Origin: Candidatus Altiarchaeota archaeon
GTDB taxonomy: Archaea; Altiarchaeota; Altiarchaeia; IMC4; SCGC-AAA252-I15
Reading direction: 5' to 3'
DNA length: 20,035 nt
Assembly: GCA_028712125.1 (NCBI GenBank)
Contig: JAQTQS010000024.1
Coordinates: 1-20,035 of the forward strand
The translations under genes and the position numbers were made by a program. Position 1 is the first letter of the stretch. Each line of letters begins with the position of its first letter. A model generated the notes under the pieces. The model saw only the letters and a list, made by a program, of their open reading frames with translations, was not told the DNA's origin and did not search any database. Shown piece by piece: positions 1 to 7,678 of this stretch.

Positions 1-233
1 ATGGTATACTCAGTCATGCGCCAGCAGAAAACGCACTTGTGAGTGCACCATGCGACCGCAGGCGTCATCTGCAGGCAGCGGTGGGACTGTATGCCGTAGA
101 ACTGCTGCTTGTAGCAGTAGCCCTCGTTAAGGATGCTCTTCTTAGCCCAGTGACATAGTTTCACTGCGCTGTGACTGCCGGCTGTTTTATAGCGCTGTTT
201 TTCAAGCAGGGGCCGGATGTCTTCGAGGTTCAT
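1..233 (-). CDS. taw1: tRNA 4-demethylwyosine synthase Taw1/TYW1 (radical SAM), N-terminal fragment. The gene runs off the 5' edge of the window.
   Basis: Reverse-complement translation from the ATG at 233 gives MNLEDIRPLLEKQRYKTAGSHSAVKLCHWAKKSILNEGYCYKQQFYGIQSHRCLQMTPAVAWCTHKCVFCWRMTEYT. It carries the Cx3Cx2C radical-SAM motif (CTHKCVFC). It is nearly collinear with the N-terminus of M. jannaschii Taw1 (KQRYQ..GHTAVKLC.W..K....NCYK.KFYGIETHRC.Q.TPSV.WC...C.FCWR). It is absent from the ORF track because it is truncated by the window edge. Confidence 0.8.
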   Translation of the reverse strand, partial: MNLEDIRPLLEKQRYKTAGSHSAVKLCHWAKKSILNEGYCYKQQFYGIQSHRCLQMTPAVAWCTHKCVFCWRMTEYT

Positions 234-272
234 GGCGTTTCAAAAAGGCGGCGCAAGAAGGCGCTTTTAGTA

Positions 273-290
273 AAAAGCATACATGCTTTT
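273..290. promoter_or_regulatory. Perfect 8-2-8 palindrome AAAAGCAT-AC-ATGCTTTT in the divergent taw1 / PRC-barrel intergenic region
   Basis: The arms are exact inverted repeats. The palindrome lies 40 bp from the taw1 ATG and 68 bp from the PRC-barrel ATG, between AT-rich TATA-like stretches. A shorter CTTTT-AGTA-AAAAG palindrome flanks it. Confidence 0.35.
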
Positions 291-357
291 AAACCTAGCT
301 TCGTATATCATAGGGAATATCTATATTAAACCATAGCTTAAACGCAGGTGAACCACC

Positions 358-600
358 ATGGTGACGTATATAATCGCACGACAATTGGGCGGCAAGCCCG
401 TTATTACAGTGGGCGGCGAGGAACTTGGAAGACTGGATGATGTCATCGTTGACGAACACACGGGTCGTTTCCTTTCAATCGTGGTTGAGCCGCTTGCAAA
501 CGTCACCCTTTCTGTGAGTTACCCAAAAGACAAGGACGGCAACCTTCTGATACCCTACGACGCGGTGAACGCTGTCAGCAAGGTCATTGTAGTCAAATAA
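358..600 (+). CDS. PRC-barrel domain protein (small standalone archaeal type, 80 aa)
   Basis: Complete ORF. The pattern QLGGKPVITVGGEELGRLDDVIVDEHTGRF...LLIPYDAVNAVSKVIVV is typical of the PRC barrel (PF05239-like: GxxV....GxxlGxVxDv.vD...g....v....ip...V..v....i.v). An AT-rich TATA-like stretch (tatatcatagggaatatctatatta, about 305-330) lies upstream. Confidence 0.6.
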   Translation: MVTYIIARQLGGKPVITVGGEELGRLDDVIVDEHTGRFLSIVVEPLANVTLSVSYPKDKDGNLLIPYDAVNAVSKVIVVK

Positions 601-678
601 TCCTTTGACTGTTTTAAAGGATGCTTCTTGCGCATTGCGTGACTTATTGTAAAAAATAATTCATGCCGTATTAGCCGT

Positions 679-1077
679 TTAATTTGCTTCTATTATCTTT
701 ACAATAAGGCCCCTTGAGGAGGACAGGCTTGCATTGTTCTGGGATAGGAAATTGTAGACGTCCATATTGCTTGACTTGAAGAATAGAATCAGTGCGGTAT
801 CTGAATTGGACAGTATGTGGAAGGATATGCCGTATCCAAGCATCTCCAGATAAGCCCGCTCCGGGTGGAATACGCTGGACCCGGAGATGATGTTCAGCAA
901 CCCATCGACAGCCCGCTCGACAGGCTCCCAGGAAGCCATCATGTCTACCTTGAAGGACTCAGGGAACATAACGACGCCCTCAAGCCCTTTTTTTGCCACC
1001 ATGCATGCGCAGATTTCAGGATGGCGTTCTTTAAGGTCCTTGAGGACGGCGGTTATTTCGTCGTACTTGGAGGCCAT
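679..1077 (-). CDS. Roadblock/LC7 (MglB-like) domain protein, 132 aa
   Basis: Complete ORF. Its size and pattern (MASKYDEITAVLKDLKERHPEICACMVAKKGLEGVVMF...) are consistent with the Robl_LC7 fold. Its start codon lies 1 nt after the TGA of the upstream KaiC-like gene (mRNA reads TGA A ATG), indicating translational coupling. Confidence 0.55.
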   Translation of the reverse strand: MASKYDEITAVLKDLKERHPEICACMVAKKGLEGVVMFPESFKVDMMASWEPVERAVDGLLNIISGSSVFHPERAYLEMLGYGISFHILSNSDTALILFFKSSNMDVYNFLSQNNASLSSSRGLIVKIIEAN

Positions 1078-1078
1078 T

Positions 1079-1822
1079 TCACTCCACTATTATGCCGTCT
1101 TTGGTGAACTTCATCGGGGAAAGCGTTATCTGCACCTCTGTGCCGCGCATCTTCCTTACCGAGAGAAGCCGCTCGATTTCGCCTCCGAGCTCGCTCGTCC
1201 GCAGGAGTATAACGCCGTCGCATGCGAACTCGCTGATTGTGTCGCGAGAGAGGTATTCGCTTTTTTCAGCGACTTCGGAAATCAGCAGCGAGGTGGTGTT
1301 GAGCTTGTTGATTTCCTTCACTACGAAGTATATGTCCTTGCGGGTGATGTTATGCCCTTCCTCCGGGAACTTGAAAACGCGCTTCTCCCCTGATACCGCG
1401 CTCATCTCCTTGGATATGCGGGAGTGGTATACGACGCCGTGCTCGAGCATCACTGTCAGGGAGTCGATGACCAGCCGCCTGGCTTTTAATTTCCTGACTT
1501 TTTCCTTGATGGATTCGAGCACGTCCTCCATGTCGAACGTCTCGACGACGTACACTTCAAGCAGCCCTTCGCGTTCTAGCTTCTCCAGGTCCCAGCCGAA
1601 CTCGCATGCCTGGCTTAGGATTTTGTCGCGCGATTCCTCGAACGTCACGTAAAGGCCCGGCTCCCTTGCCACAGCCCCCTGGTGGAGGAACTGGAGGGAT
1701 AGGATTGTCTTGCCGGTCCCGCATGAGCCTGTCAGCAGCACGCTGTGGTTCCGCGGGATGCCCCCGCCTATGAGTTTGTCGAGTCCTTTTATCCCGGTAG
1801 TCGCGCGGTCCATGTTCTGCAC
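1079..1822 (-). CDS. KaiC-like / RadA-like single-domain RecA-superfamily ATPase (archaeal KaiC homolog), 247 aa
   Basis: The N-terminal GIKGLDKLIGGGIPRNHSVLLTGSCGTGKTILSLQF carries a Walker A motif (GSCGTGKT). A hhhhD Walker B follows (RRLVIDSLT). Together these are the canonical KaiC/RecA-like signature. A GGTG Shine-Dalgarno-like element sits 8 nt upstream of the ATG on the mRNA strand. Confidence 0.85.
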   Translation of the reverse strand: MQNMDRATTGIKGLDKLIGGGIPRNHSVLLTGSCGTGKTILSLQFLHQGAVAREPGLYVTFEESRDKILSQACEFGWDLEKLEREGLLEVYVVETFDMEDVLESIKEKVRKLKARRLVIDSLTVMLEHGVVYHSRISKEMSAVSGEKRVFKFPEEGHNITRKDIYFVVKEINKLNTTSLLISEVAEKSEYLSRDTISEFACDGVILLRTSELGGEIERLLSVRKMRGTEVQITLSPMKFTKDGIIVE

Positions 1823-1879
1823 CTATTTTAATGTAGCAGTAAATTATTAACGTCATATACTTAAACTAAACATTGTGCT

Positions 1880-2611
1880 ATGGATTCTTCGTTGATGCGG
1901 TCTTGGGCGGGGATGGCTATTATGTCAGTTTTTTTACTTTGCGCTCTTAGTGCCTTTGCTTGCGCCTCGCAGAAGGCATTTATAGAGGGTTCGGTTACGG
2001 ATACGGCGACCGGCAAGCCTTTTATGAACGTCTCGCTTGACGTGTTCGTCGCTTCCGACCCTTCCAATCCATACGCCACGGTTAGGACTGACGAGAGGGG
2101 GCGCTATAATATCAGCGTTGACGACGGGAATTATGAGATTTACGTGCGCGTCGGCGCGACAAACCCGCGGCAGTCGGTGTATGTACACGCAGGGGAGATT
2201 CAGCAGTTGAACTTCAAGATTAGCATGAAGTCTATTAGCGAGGAGCAGCTTTCCAGCAACTGGATGTTCTGGGTGCAGGTCGGGATTGCTGCGCTCATTA
2301 TAGGAATCATCGCGGTTGACCAATTGTTCTTCAAGCGAAAGCGCGTGCTCAGCGACCTTGCCGCGGAGCGTGGCAGGCTTGAGGCCGAGCTGAAGAAGGG
2401 CGAGGAGGGCGGGCAGGATGATTTGGGGAAATTGCGCAAGGACCGCAGCCAGCTGGAGTACATGATTAACCTGACGAGGACGAAGTATCACCAGAGGAGC
2501 ATTAATGAGGAGAGTTTCAGGGAGATTATCCGGGATTATCAGGAGAAGCTGATTGAGGTGGAGGCCCGTATTGCCGCGCTTGAGGCCGAGAAGAAGGATG
2601 TCGTGAAGTAG
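1880..2611 (+). CDS. Membrane protein with signal peptide, carboxypeptidase-regulatory-like (CarbopepD_reg/Ig-like beta-sandwich) extracytoplasmic domain, one TM helix and a cytoplasmic coiled-coil tail
   Basis: The N-terminus (MRSWAGMAIMSVFLLCALSAFACAS) is signal-peptide like. GSVTDTATGKPFMNVSLDVF...RTDERGRYNISVDDGNYEIYVRV matches the CarbopepD_reg_2 consensus (GxVxD..tGxPl..a.V........tD..G.Y.f..l..G.Y.l). The hydrophobic stretch WMFWVQVGIAALIIGIIAV is followed by KRKR and then an E/K/R/L-rich heptad-like segment (RLEAELKKGEE...LIEVEARIAALEAEKK). A TATA-like tcatatactt lies about 25 bp upstream. A T-rich terminator follows the stop. Confidence 0.7.
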   Translation: MDSSLMRSWAGMAIMSVFLLCALSAFACASQKAFIEGSVTDTATGKPFMNVSLDVFVASDPSNPYATVRTDERGRYNISVDDGNYEIYVRVGATNPRQSVYVHAGEIQQLNFKISMKSISEEQLSSNWMFWVQVGIAALIIGIIAVDQLFFKRKRVLSDLAAERGRLEAELKKGEEGGQDDLGKLRKDRSQLEYMINLTRTKYHQRSINEESFREIIRDYQEKLIEVEARIAALEAEKKDVVK

Positions 2612-2621
2612 GCTTTCGGTG

Positions 2622-2660
2622 TTATTGTTTTTTGTCTTTTTGTTTATAAACACGGACACA
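2622..2660 (+). terminator. Oligo-T tracts downstream of 1880..2611 (archaeal intrinsic-terminator-like)
   Basis: ttattgttttttgtctttttgtttat lies immediately 3' of the stop codon. Archaeal RNAP terminates at oligo-dT runs. Confidence 0.45.
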
Positions 2661-2722
2661 TACACTCTATCGGATATAATAAAGGTATATAATAAGCGGA
2701 TGCGATATTCTATTACCACAAC

Positions 2723-3970
2723 ATGAAACCAATCGTCCTTTGCATTGACCGGGATGACGACATCGGCAGGAAAACAAAGACCGCCGGGCCCATCATCGGA
2801 ATTGAGAAGAACATCGAGGTAGCAAAGGCTCTCGCGCTCGCGGACCCCGAGGACACCGACTTGAATGCGATATTCGGGGCGGTGAAGATTGCCAAGGACC
2901 TTGGCACCGAAGTGGTCACGCTCACGGGGGACTTTAAGGTCGGCATCATATCAGACGCAAAGCTGGTAAAGCAGCTGGAGGAGGTCATAAAGAAGCTGAA
3001 CCCCTCCTCGGTTATAATGGTTTCCGACGGCGCCGAGGACGAGCAGATAATCCCTATAATCCAGTCGAGGATTCCAATCGACTCAGTCCAGACGATAATC
3101 GTCCGGCAGAGCAAGGAGCTGGAAAAGGCCTATTTCAAAATCATCCACTTCTTTCGGGAGATTTCAAAACACCCGGACGTGGCCCGTATGCTGTTCGGCC
3201 TGCCGGGGCTTGTGATGGTCATGCTTGCGATAGGGGGCATGCAGGCTTTGAGCCTCATCATGGGCGTGGTCGGAGCCTACCTGATTCTGCGCGGCCTGGG
3301 CTGGGAGGAGGAGTTCTTCAACAGGGTCATGGGTTTCGTCAAGTCGCTTTCGTCCGAGAGGGTCAGCACGCTGATATACCTGATAGGAATCGTCATGGGA
3401 CTGTTCGGGGCCATGACCTTTACGAACGACCTCGACAGAGGCTCGCTTACGGTCCGGGAGCTTGTTTCATCCGCCGACCGTCTTGCGTCCTTCATACTCA
3501 GCTCGTCCTCCATAGACCTGTTCGCGCTGGCGCTAATCACGTTCATGGTGGGCCGCATCATAGACCATTACGCGGACAAGGACTACCTGAAGATTATGAA
3601 GTACCTGCGTCTTATCGCGCTGGTCGTGCTCATAATGGTCGTCCTTCAGTCCGGTGCGAGCTTCATGGAGGACCCGGCATCTTACGGCCTCACGACCTTC
3701 ATTTCAAACATGATAGCGGGCGTCATCTCGTTCGTCGTGTGGATTAAGCTGACGGAGTACTGGTTCATCAACGAGATAAACGTCATGAAGACGATCATCA
3801 GGGACCTTCTCGGCAAGGAGGTCGTCGGGAGCGATGAAAAGCGCCTTGGGAAGGTCTCGAAAGTCCTGCTTTCAGGTCTTGAGCTCAGGGCTTTGAAGAT
3901 AGGACGGCGTGTTATCGCAAGAAAGGACATAATATCAACGGGCGAAGTCATCAGGGTAAACGCGAAGTAA
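2723..3970 (+). CDS. DUF373-family archaeal integral membrane protein (415 aa) with a C-terminal PRC-barrel-like segment
   Basis: The N-terminal soluble domain (MKPIVLCIDRDDDIGRKT...VTLTGDFKVGIISDAKL...VIMVSDGAEDEQIIPII) is followed by 6 or more hydrophobic helices, as in DUF373 proteins of methanogens. The C-terminal LLGKEVVGSDEKRLGKVSKVLLSGLELRALKIGRRVIARKDIISTGEVIRV resembles a PRC barrel. A TATA-like ggtatataata lies about 30 bp upstream. Confidence 0.6.
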   Translation: MKPIVLCIDRDDDIGRKTKTAGPIIGIEKNIEVAKALALADPEDTDLNAIFGAVKIAKDLGTEVVTLTGDFKVGIISDAKLVKQLEEVIKKLNPSSVIMVSDGAEDEQIIPIIQSRIPIDSVQTIIVRQSKELEKAYFKIIHFFREISKHPDVARMLFGLPGLVMVMLAIGGMQALSLIMGVVGAYLILRGLGWEEEFFNRVMGFVKSLSSERVSTLIYLIGIVMGLFGAMTFTNDLDRGSLTVRELVSSADRLASFILSSSSIDLFALALITFMVGRIIDHYADKDYLKIMKYLRLIALVVLIMVVLQSGASFMEDPASYGLTTFISNMIAGVISFVVWIKLTEYWFINEINVMKTIIRDLLGKEVVGSDEKRLGKVSKVLLSGLELRALKIGRRVIARKDIISTGEVIRVNAK

Positions 3971-3974
3971 CAGC

Positions 3975-6362
3975 CTATTTTTGGAATACCAGCTCGTACG
4001 CGTCCCCCTCGGCGCCGACAACCTTCAGCTCCTTGATTTTACCGGTGCCCTTTATGTCTTCGCTGATGTGCCTGACGTCCTCCAGCCTGCCCTTGCCAAT
4101 CCTGACTTCAAGCGCGCTTAGTTCAGCGCCAAGCGACATATTGTTCTCGGACTTGAACTTCCGGATGTCGGAGACTATGGACTTTGCCAGCATCCCAGAT
4201 TGCTCATAGTCCTTGACCGGATATTCTCCGGACGGGACGGGCCAGCTCTTCGCCGAGGCATAGCCGTCTTTCATCAGGTTGGCCCATATCTCGTCGGCTA
4301 TGTGCGGCATGTAGGGGGACATGAGACGCAGGAGCGTGCTCATTATCGCATGGAGGGTGTATTGGGCTGCCCGCCGGGATTCGGCCCCGTAGATTTCGGG
4401 CTTGTACAGCCGGTGCTTCACCATCTCCAGGTAGTCGTCTGCGAGGTCGTGCCATACGAAGCCGCGAATCTGGTCGAGGGGTATGTTGAACACGTAGTTG
4501 TCCAGGCTTTCAGTAGACTCGTCGACGATGCGGCTAAGCCTTCCGAGAATCCATTTGTCCACGGCACGAAGCTCTCCTTTGCTGCCGTCGTAGTCAGCAA
4601 GGTGCATCTCTATGAACCGTGATATGTTCCAGAACTTGGTGAGGAACTTCTGGCTGTGCTCGCACTCCTCCCAGCTGAACGGGTAATCGGAGCCAAGCGA
4701 GCCGCACGCGGCCCACTGCCTTAGCGCGTCTGCGGAATACTTAGAAAGCGGCTCTTCCGGGGCTATGATGTTGTTGAGCGATTTTGACATCTTCCTCCCG
4801 TCGGGGCCGGCCACCATCCCGTTTATCATCAGGTCCTTGAAGCAGGGCTTGCCTGTGAGCATCAAATCGCGGAAGATTGTGTAGAACGTCCATGTGCGGA
4901 TTATCTCATAGCCCTGTGGCCGGAGGGATACTGGATAGGTCTTAGCGAAGAATTCGTCGTCAACGCCCCATTGGGATACCCGGAGCGGGCTGACCGAGCT
5001 GTCCACCCAGCAGTCGCATACGTCCGTCTCCCCTTTCGCCTTTCCTCCGCATTTCGGGCATTTCCTTGTGCTGTCTCGCGGGTCTATGGGAAGCTCGCTT
5101 TCCTTCGCAGCGACGACCTCGCCGCAGGAGCATACCCAGAAGGGGATGGGCGTTCCGAACACGCGCTGGCGGGATATTATCCAGTCCCAGTCCATCGACT
5201 CGGTCCAGTCTACCAGGCGCTGGAGCATGTAGTCCGGATGCCATTTCATCGTGTTCGCGGCCTGTATGATGTCCTGCAGGTATTCCTTGACCTTGATGAA
5301 CCACTGCTCTGTCGGCAAAAGCTCGATAGGCGCCTTGCAGGAGCCGCGCTCGGTATGCGATGTGACCTTGTGGACAAGCTTCTCAACCTTCCGGACGACG
5401 CCAATATTCTCCAAGTCCGCGACCATCCTATCCCTGGCCTCTTTCACAGGCAGACCGGAGTAGACCCCGGCGGCCGCGGTCATCAGCCCGTCCCGGCCTA
5501 TGGCTTCGATGACCGGTAGATCGTATTGCTTCTGCCATGCGATGTCCTGCTCGTCGCCGAACGTGCAGAGGTATACGACGCCGGTGCCGAATTCCATGTC
5601 CACCGCGCTGTCGGAGAATATCGGGACGTCGCGGTTGAACAACGGAAGCTTTGCCTTCTTCCCGACGAAACGAGCGTACCTCCCGTCGTCAGGGTGGACG
5701 AAGACAGCAACGCACGCAGGCATCATCTCGGGCCGGGTGGTCGCTATCGTAAGCTTGTGGCCTTCGGCTTCGAGGTCTATGTGGTAGAGCTTTCCTTCCT
5801 TTTCGATGTAGCCGACTTCGGCTTTGGCAAGGGCTGTCCCGCAGTTCGGGCACCAGAGCACTGGATGTTTTTCCCGGTAGAGCATGCCTTTCTGGTAGAA
5901 TATTAGGAGTGATTTTTGCACCATGCGCTTGTAGTCGTCGTCCATCGTCCGGTACGAGTAGTCCCAGTCGGTGCTGTAGCCGAGCGACTCGAACTGGCTT
6001 TTCATACGGCTGACGGCGTTCTCAGTCCACTTGATGCACTCGGCGATGAACTTTTTCCGGTCTTCCTTCGGAACGCCCATATTCTTCTCAACCTGAAGCT
6101 CGGTCGGAAGCCCATGGCAGTCGAAACCCTGCGGCAGATAGACGTTAAAACCGCGCATACGCTTGTAGCGGGCGACTATGTCAATCCACACGTGGTTGTA
6201 CACGTGGCCCATGTGCAATGTCCCGGAAGTGAAAGGCGGCGGAGTGTCCAAACTGTAGACCGGCTTGTCAAGCTTCGGATTAAAGGAATTCGCCTTGTCC
6301 TCAAGCCACCTGGCCTGCCACTTCTTCTCAAGCGCATTCGCGGTATAGTTCTTGTCAAGCAT
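3975..6362 (-). CDS. valS: Valyl-tRNA synthetase (class I aaRS), 795 aa
   Basis: A HIGH-like motif (PPFTSGTLHMGHVYNH) and a KMSKS motif (GRKMSKSLNNII) are present. The editing-domain motif TTRPEMMPACVAVFVHPDD matches ValRS TTRPET...VAVHPED. A CPKCGG zinc knuckle is also present. Size and motif order fit archaeal ValRS. Confidence 0.9.
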   Translation of the reverse strand: MLDKNYTANALEKKWQARWLEDKANSFNPKLDKPVYSLDTPPPFTSGTLHMGHVYNHVWIDIVARYKRMRGFNVYLPQGFDCHGLPTELQVEKNMGVPKEDRKKFIAECIKWTENAVSRMKSQFESLGYSTDWDYSYRTMDDDYKRMVQKSLLIFYQKGMLYREKHPVLWCPNCGTALAKAEVGYIEKEGKLYHIDLEAEGHKLTIATTRPEMMPACVAVFVHPDDGRYARFVGKKAKLPLFNRDVPIFSDSAVDMEFGTGVVYLCTFGDEQDIAWQKQYDLPVIEAIGRDGLMTAAAGVYSGLPVKEARDRMVADLENIGVVRKVEKLVHKVTSHTERGSCKAPIELLPTEQWFIKVKEYLQDIIQAANTMKWHPDYMLQRLVDWTESMDWDWIISRQRVFGTPIPFWVCSCGEVVAAKESELPIDPRDSTRKCPKCGGKAKGETDVCDCWVDSSVSPLRVSQWGVDDEFFAKTYPVSLRPQGYEIIRTWTFYTIFRDLMLTGKPCFKDLMINGMVAGPDGRKMSKSLNNIIAPEEPLSKYSADALRQWAACGSLGSDYPFSWEECEHSQKFLTKFWNISRFIEMHLADYDGSKGELRAVDKWILGRLSRIVDESTESLDNYVFNIPLDQIRGFVWHDLADDYLEMVKHRLYKPEIYGAESRRAAQYTLHAIMSTLLRLMSPYMPHIADEIWANLMKDGYASAKSWPVPSGEYPVKDYEQSGMLAKSIVSDIRKFKSENNMSLGAELSALEVRIGKGRLEDVRHISEDIKGTGKIKELKVVGAEGDAYELVFQK

Positions 6363-6474
6363 TAGAAACCACTGAGTTAAGCTATGTGAGGCGGCGGATA
6401 AAAATCCGGCCGGAAGTTAGGGTATAGAAGCCTGCCGAATCTGTTTTTCTGGAAATAGGAGTTATTACCCGCGT

Positions 6475-6915
6475 TTATGGAAGGTTGAAGTTTGCGATAT
6501 CCCCTACCGCGATTCCAATCCGGTCGGCCGTTCCTGCGTTGACTTCAAGCACGTAGTGGGACGATACTAGGGGGGTTACGGAAAGGCACGGGTCGCTCTT
6601 GCAGGGCTGCACGTTCTTTTCAATGTGCACGACCTGCCGGTTGCCGTCAAGCCAGAGCATGTCCAAGGGTATGAGCGTGTTCTTCATCCAGAATGGGTAT
6701 ATGCCGTCGTCCTCGAATATGAATAGCATGCCGGCGTCCGGGTCAAGGCTCTTTCGGTGCATCAGGCCGCGCGCCCGCTGCTCCGGCTCGACTGCGAGCT
6801 CTACCGTGAAGCAGTCGGACTTGAAGCAGACGGTAGGCTGTTTTTTACTGCTTTCGCACCCGCATGCCAGGACTGCCAGCATTATGACGCCGGCAGTTAT
6901 CACTGTTTTTTTCAT
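6475..6915 (-). CDS. DUF192 (COG1430) family secreted/lipoprotein-like protein
   Basis: The core RARGLMHRKSLDPDAGMLFIFEDDGIYPFWMKNTLIPLDMLWLDGNRQVVHIE...HYVLEVNAG matches DUF192 (RGLM...GMLF....fWMknt.iPLD..f.d....V..i...p...YVLE.naG). The start is trimmed from the ORF-track ATG at 6963 to the internal ATG at 6915. This gives a proper signal peptide, MKKTVITAGVIMLAVLACGCESS (LAC|GC is lipobox-like). Confidence 0.7.
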   Translation of the reverse strand: MKKTVITAGVIMLAVLACGCESSKKQPTVCFKSDCFTVELAVEPEQRARGLMHRKSLDPDAGMLFIFEDDGIYPFWMKNTLIPLDMLWLDGNRQVVHIEKNVQPCKSDPCLSVTPLVSSHYVLEVNAGTADRIGIAVGDIANFNLP

Positions 6916-6922
6916 CCCGGGA

Positions 6923-7396
6923 TCAGTAGGCCCGCCTGCCCTTACTTTTAGACCATTGGGCAAAGAGTGCCTTGTTTTCCTTTGCCATGATGCCGCCGGC
7001 TATTTTGACGCCGCTCTTGCCGAGCTTCTTCATTGTATTGTTTGACAATGGCATCTCGCGAAAGCCGGCGCATCTGGCGTCTGCTATTCTTGCGCCGTAG
7101 ACTATCTTGTCTATCTTCGCCCAGTGTATCGCAGAGAAGCACATCGGGCAGGGCTCGCATGTCGAGTATATGACGCATCCCGACAGGTCTATCGTCTTCA
7201 GCTTCTTGCAGGCCTTTCGTATCGCATTGACTTCGGCATGGGCGGTGCTGTCCACATCCTTCCAGACTGTGTTGTGGGCACTGCAGACTATTTTATCGCC
7301 CTTGGCGATGCACGCGCCGAATGGGGTCTGGCCTTTTCGGATACCCTCCCGCGCCTTGGCAATCGCTCTCTGCAGGAAATACTCGTCCGCGGCCAC
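6923..7396 (-). CDS. CMP/dCMP-type (CDA-fold) zinc deaminase, TadA/guanine-deaminase-like
   Basis: HAEVNAIRKA and CEPCPMCFSAI form the H(A/C)E...PCxxC zinc-binding signature of the cytidine/tRNA-adenosine deaminase fold. The stop is only 7 nt upstream of the DUF192 start on the same strand. Confidence 0.8.
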   Translation of the reverse strand: MAADEYFLQRAIAKAREGIRKGQTPFGACIAKGDKIVCSAHNTVWKDVDSTAHAEVNAIRKACKKLKTIDLSGCVIYSTCEPCPMCFSAIHWAKIDKIVYGARIADARCAGFREMPLSNNTMKKLGKSGVKIAGGIMAKENKALFAQWSKSKGRRAY

Positions 7397-7593
7397 GTTT
7401 AGTTATTGGATTTTTCAGGTTTAAAGGAGGGCGGCTATTGGCAGGGGAGTATATCATGGGGCGCTATTGCCTGCTTGGTATGCCATGCCGAGGATGGGCT
7501 TTATTTCAAAATGGGTTGGTCTGCAATATCCTTCGGATAGTGTGTGGAATATCCGACTACAAAATAGCATCCGATGTGAAGGAAAAAATGTCT

Positions 7594-7617
7594 AATTGTC
7601 CGTTTAATTGTCCATTT
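7594..7617. promoter_or_regulatory. Tandem 12-bp direct repeat AATTGTCCGTTT / AATTGTCCATTT upstream of the trpD promoter
   Basis: Two adjacent 12-mers differ at one position. They lie about 30-50 bp upstream of the trpD TATA-like box, a typical position for an archaeal transcription-factor operator. Confidence 0.3.
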
Positions 7618-7645
7618 ATGTTCATTTTTGTTTGTTTATACTCAC

Positions 7646-7655
7646 TATTTATATT
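7646..7655 (+). promoter_or_regulatory. TATA-like box for trpD
   Basis: tatttatatt is centred about 27 bp upstream of ATG 7679. This is consistent with a leaderless mRNA. Confidence 0.45.
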
Positions 7656-7678
7656 CATTATAGGCGTATATTTTCTTG

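Noticed and set aside
887-1393. A 168-aa plus-strand ORF antisense to the roadblock/KaiC genes
   Set aside because: It is Ser/Leu/Arg-rich and low-complexity, and it fully overlaps two well-supported minus-strand genes. This is a typical shadow ORF of a GC-rich coding region.
1934-2719. A 261-aa minus-strand ORF antisense to the CarbopepD/coiled-coil gene
   Set aside because: It is Leu-rich and is the mirror image of an E/K-rich coiled coil. The plus-strand gene has a coherent signal peptide, domain, TM helix and coiled-coil architecture.
4200-6365. Multiple plus-strand ORFs (4200..4622, 4971..5519, 5526..5906, 5916..6365) and R-rich minus out-of-frame ORFs inside valS
   Set aside because: All are embedded in the ValRS gene. 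They are Arg/Pro/Gly-rich with no recognisable domains.
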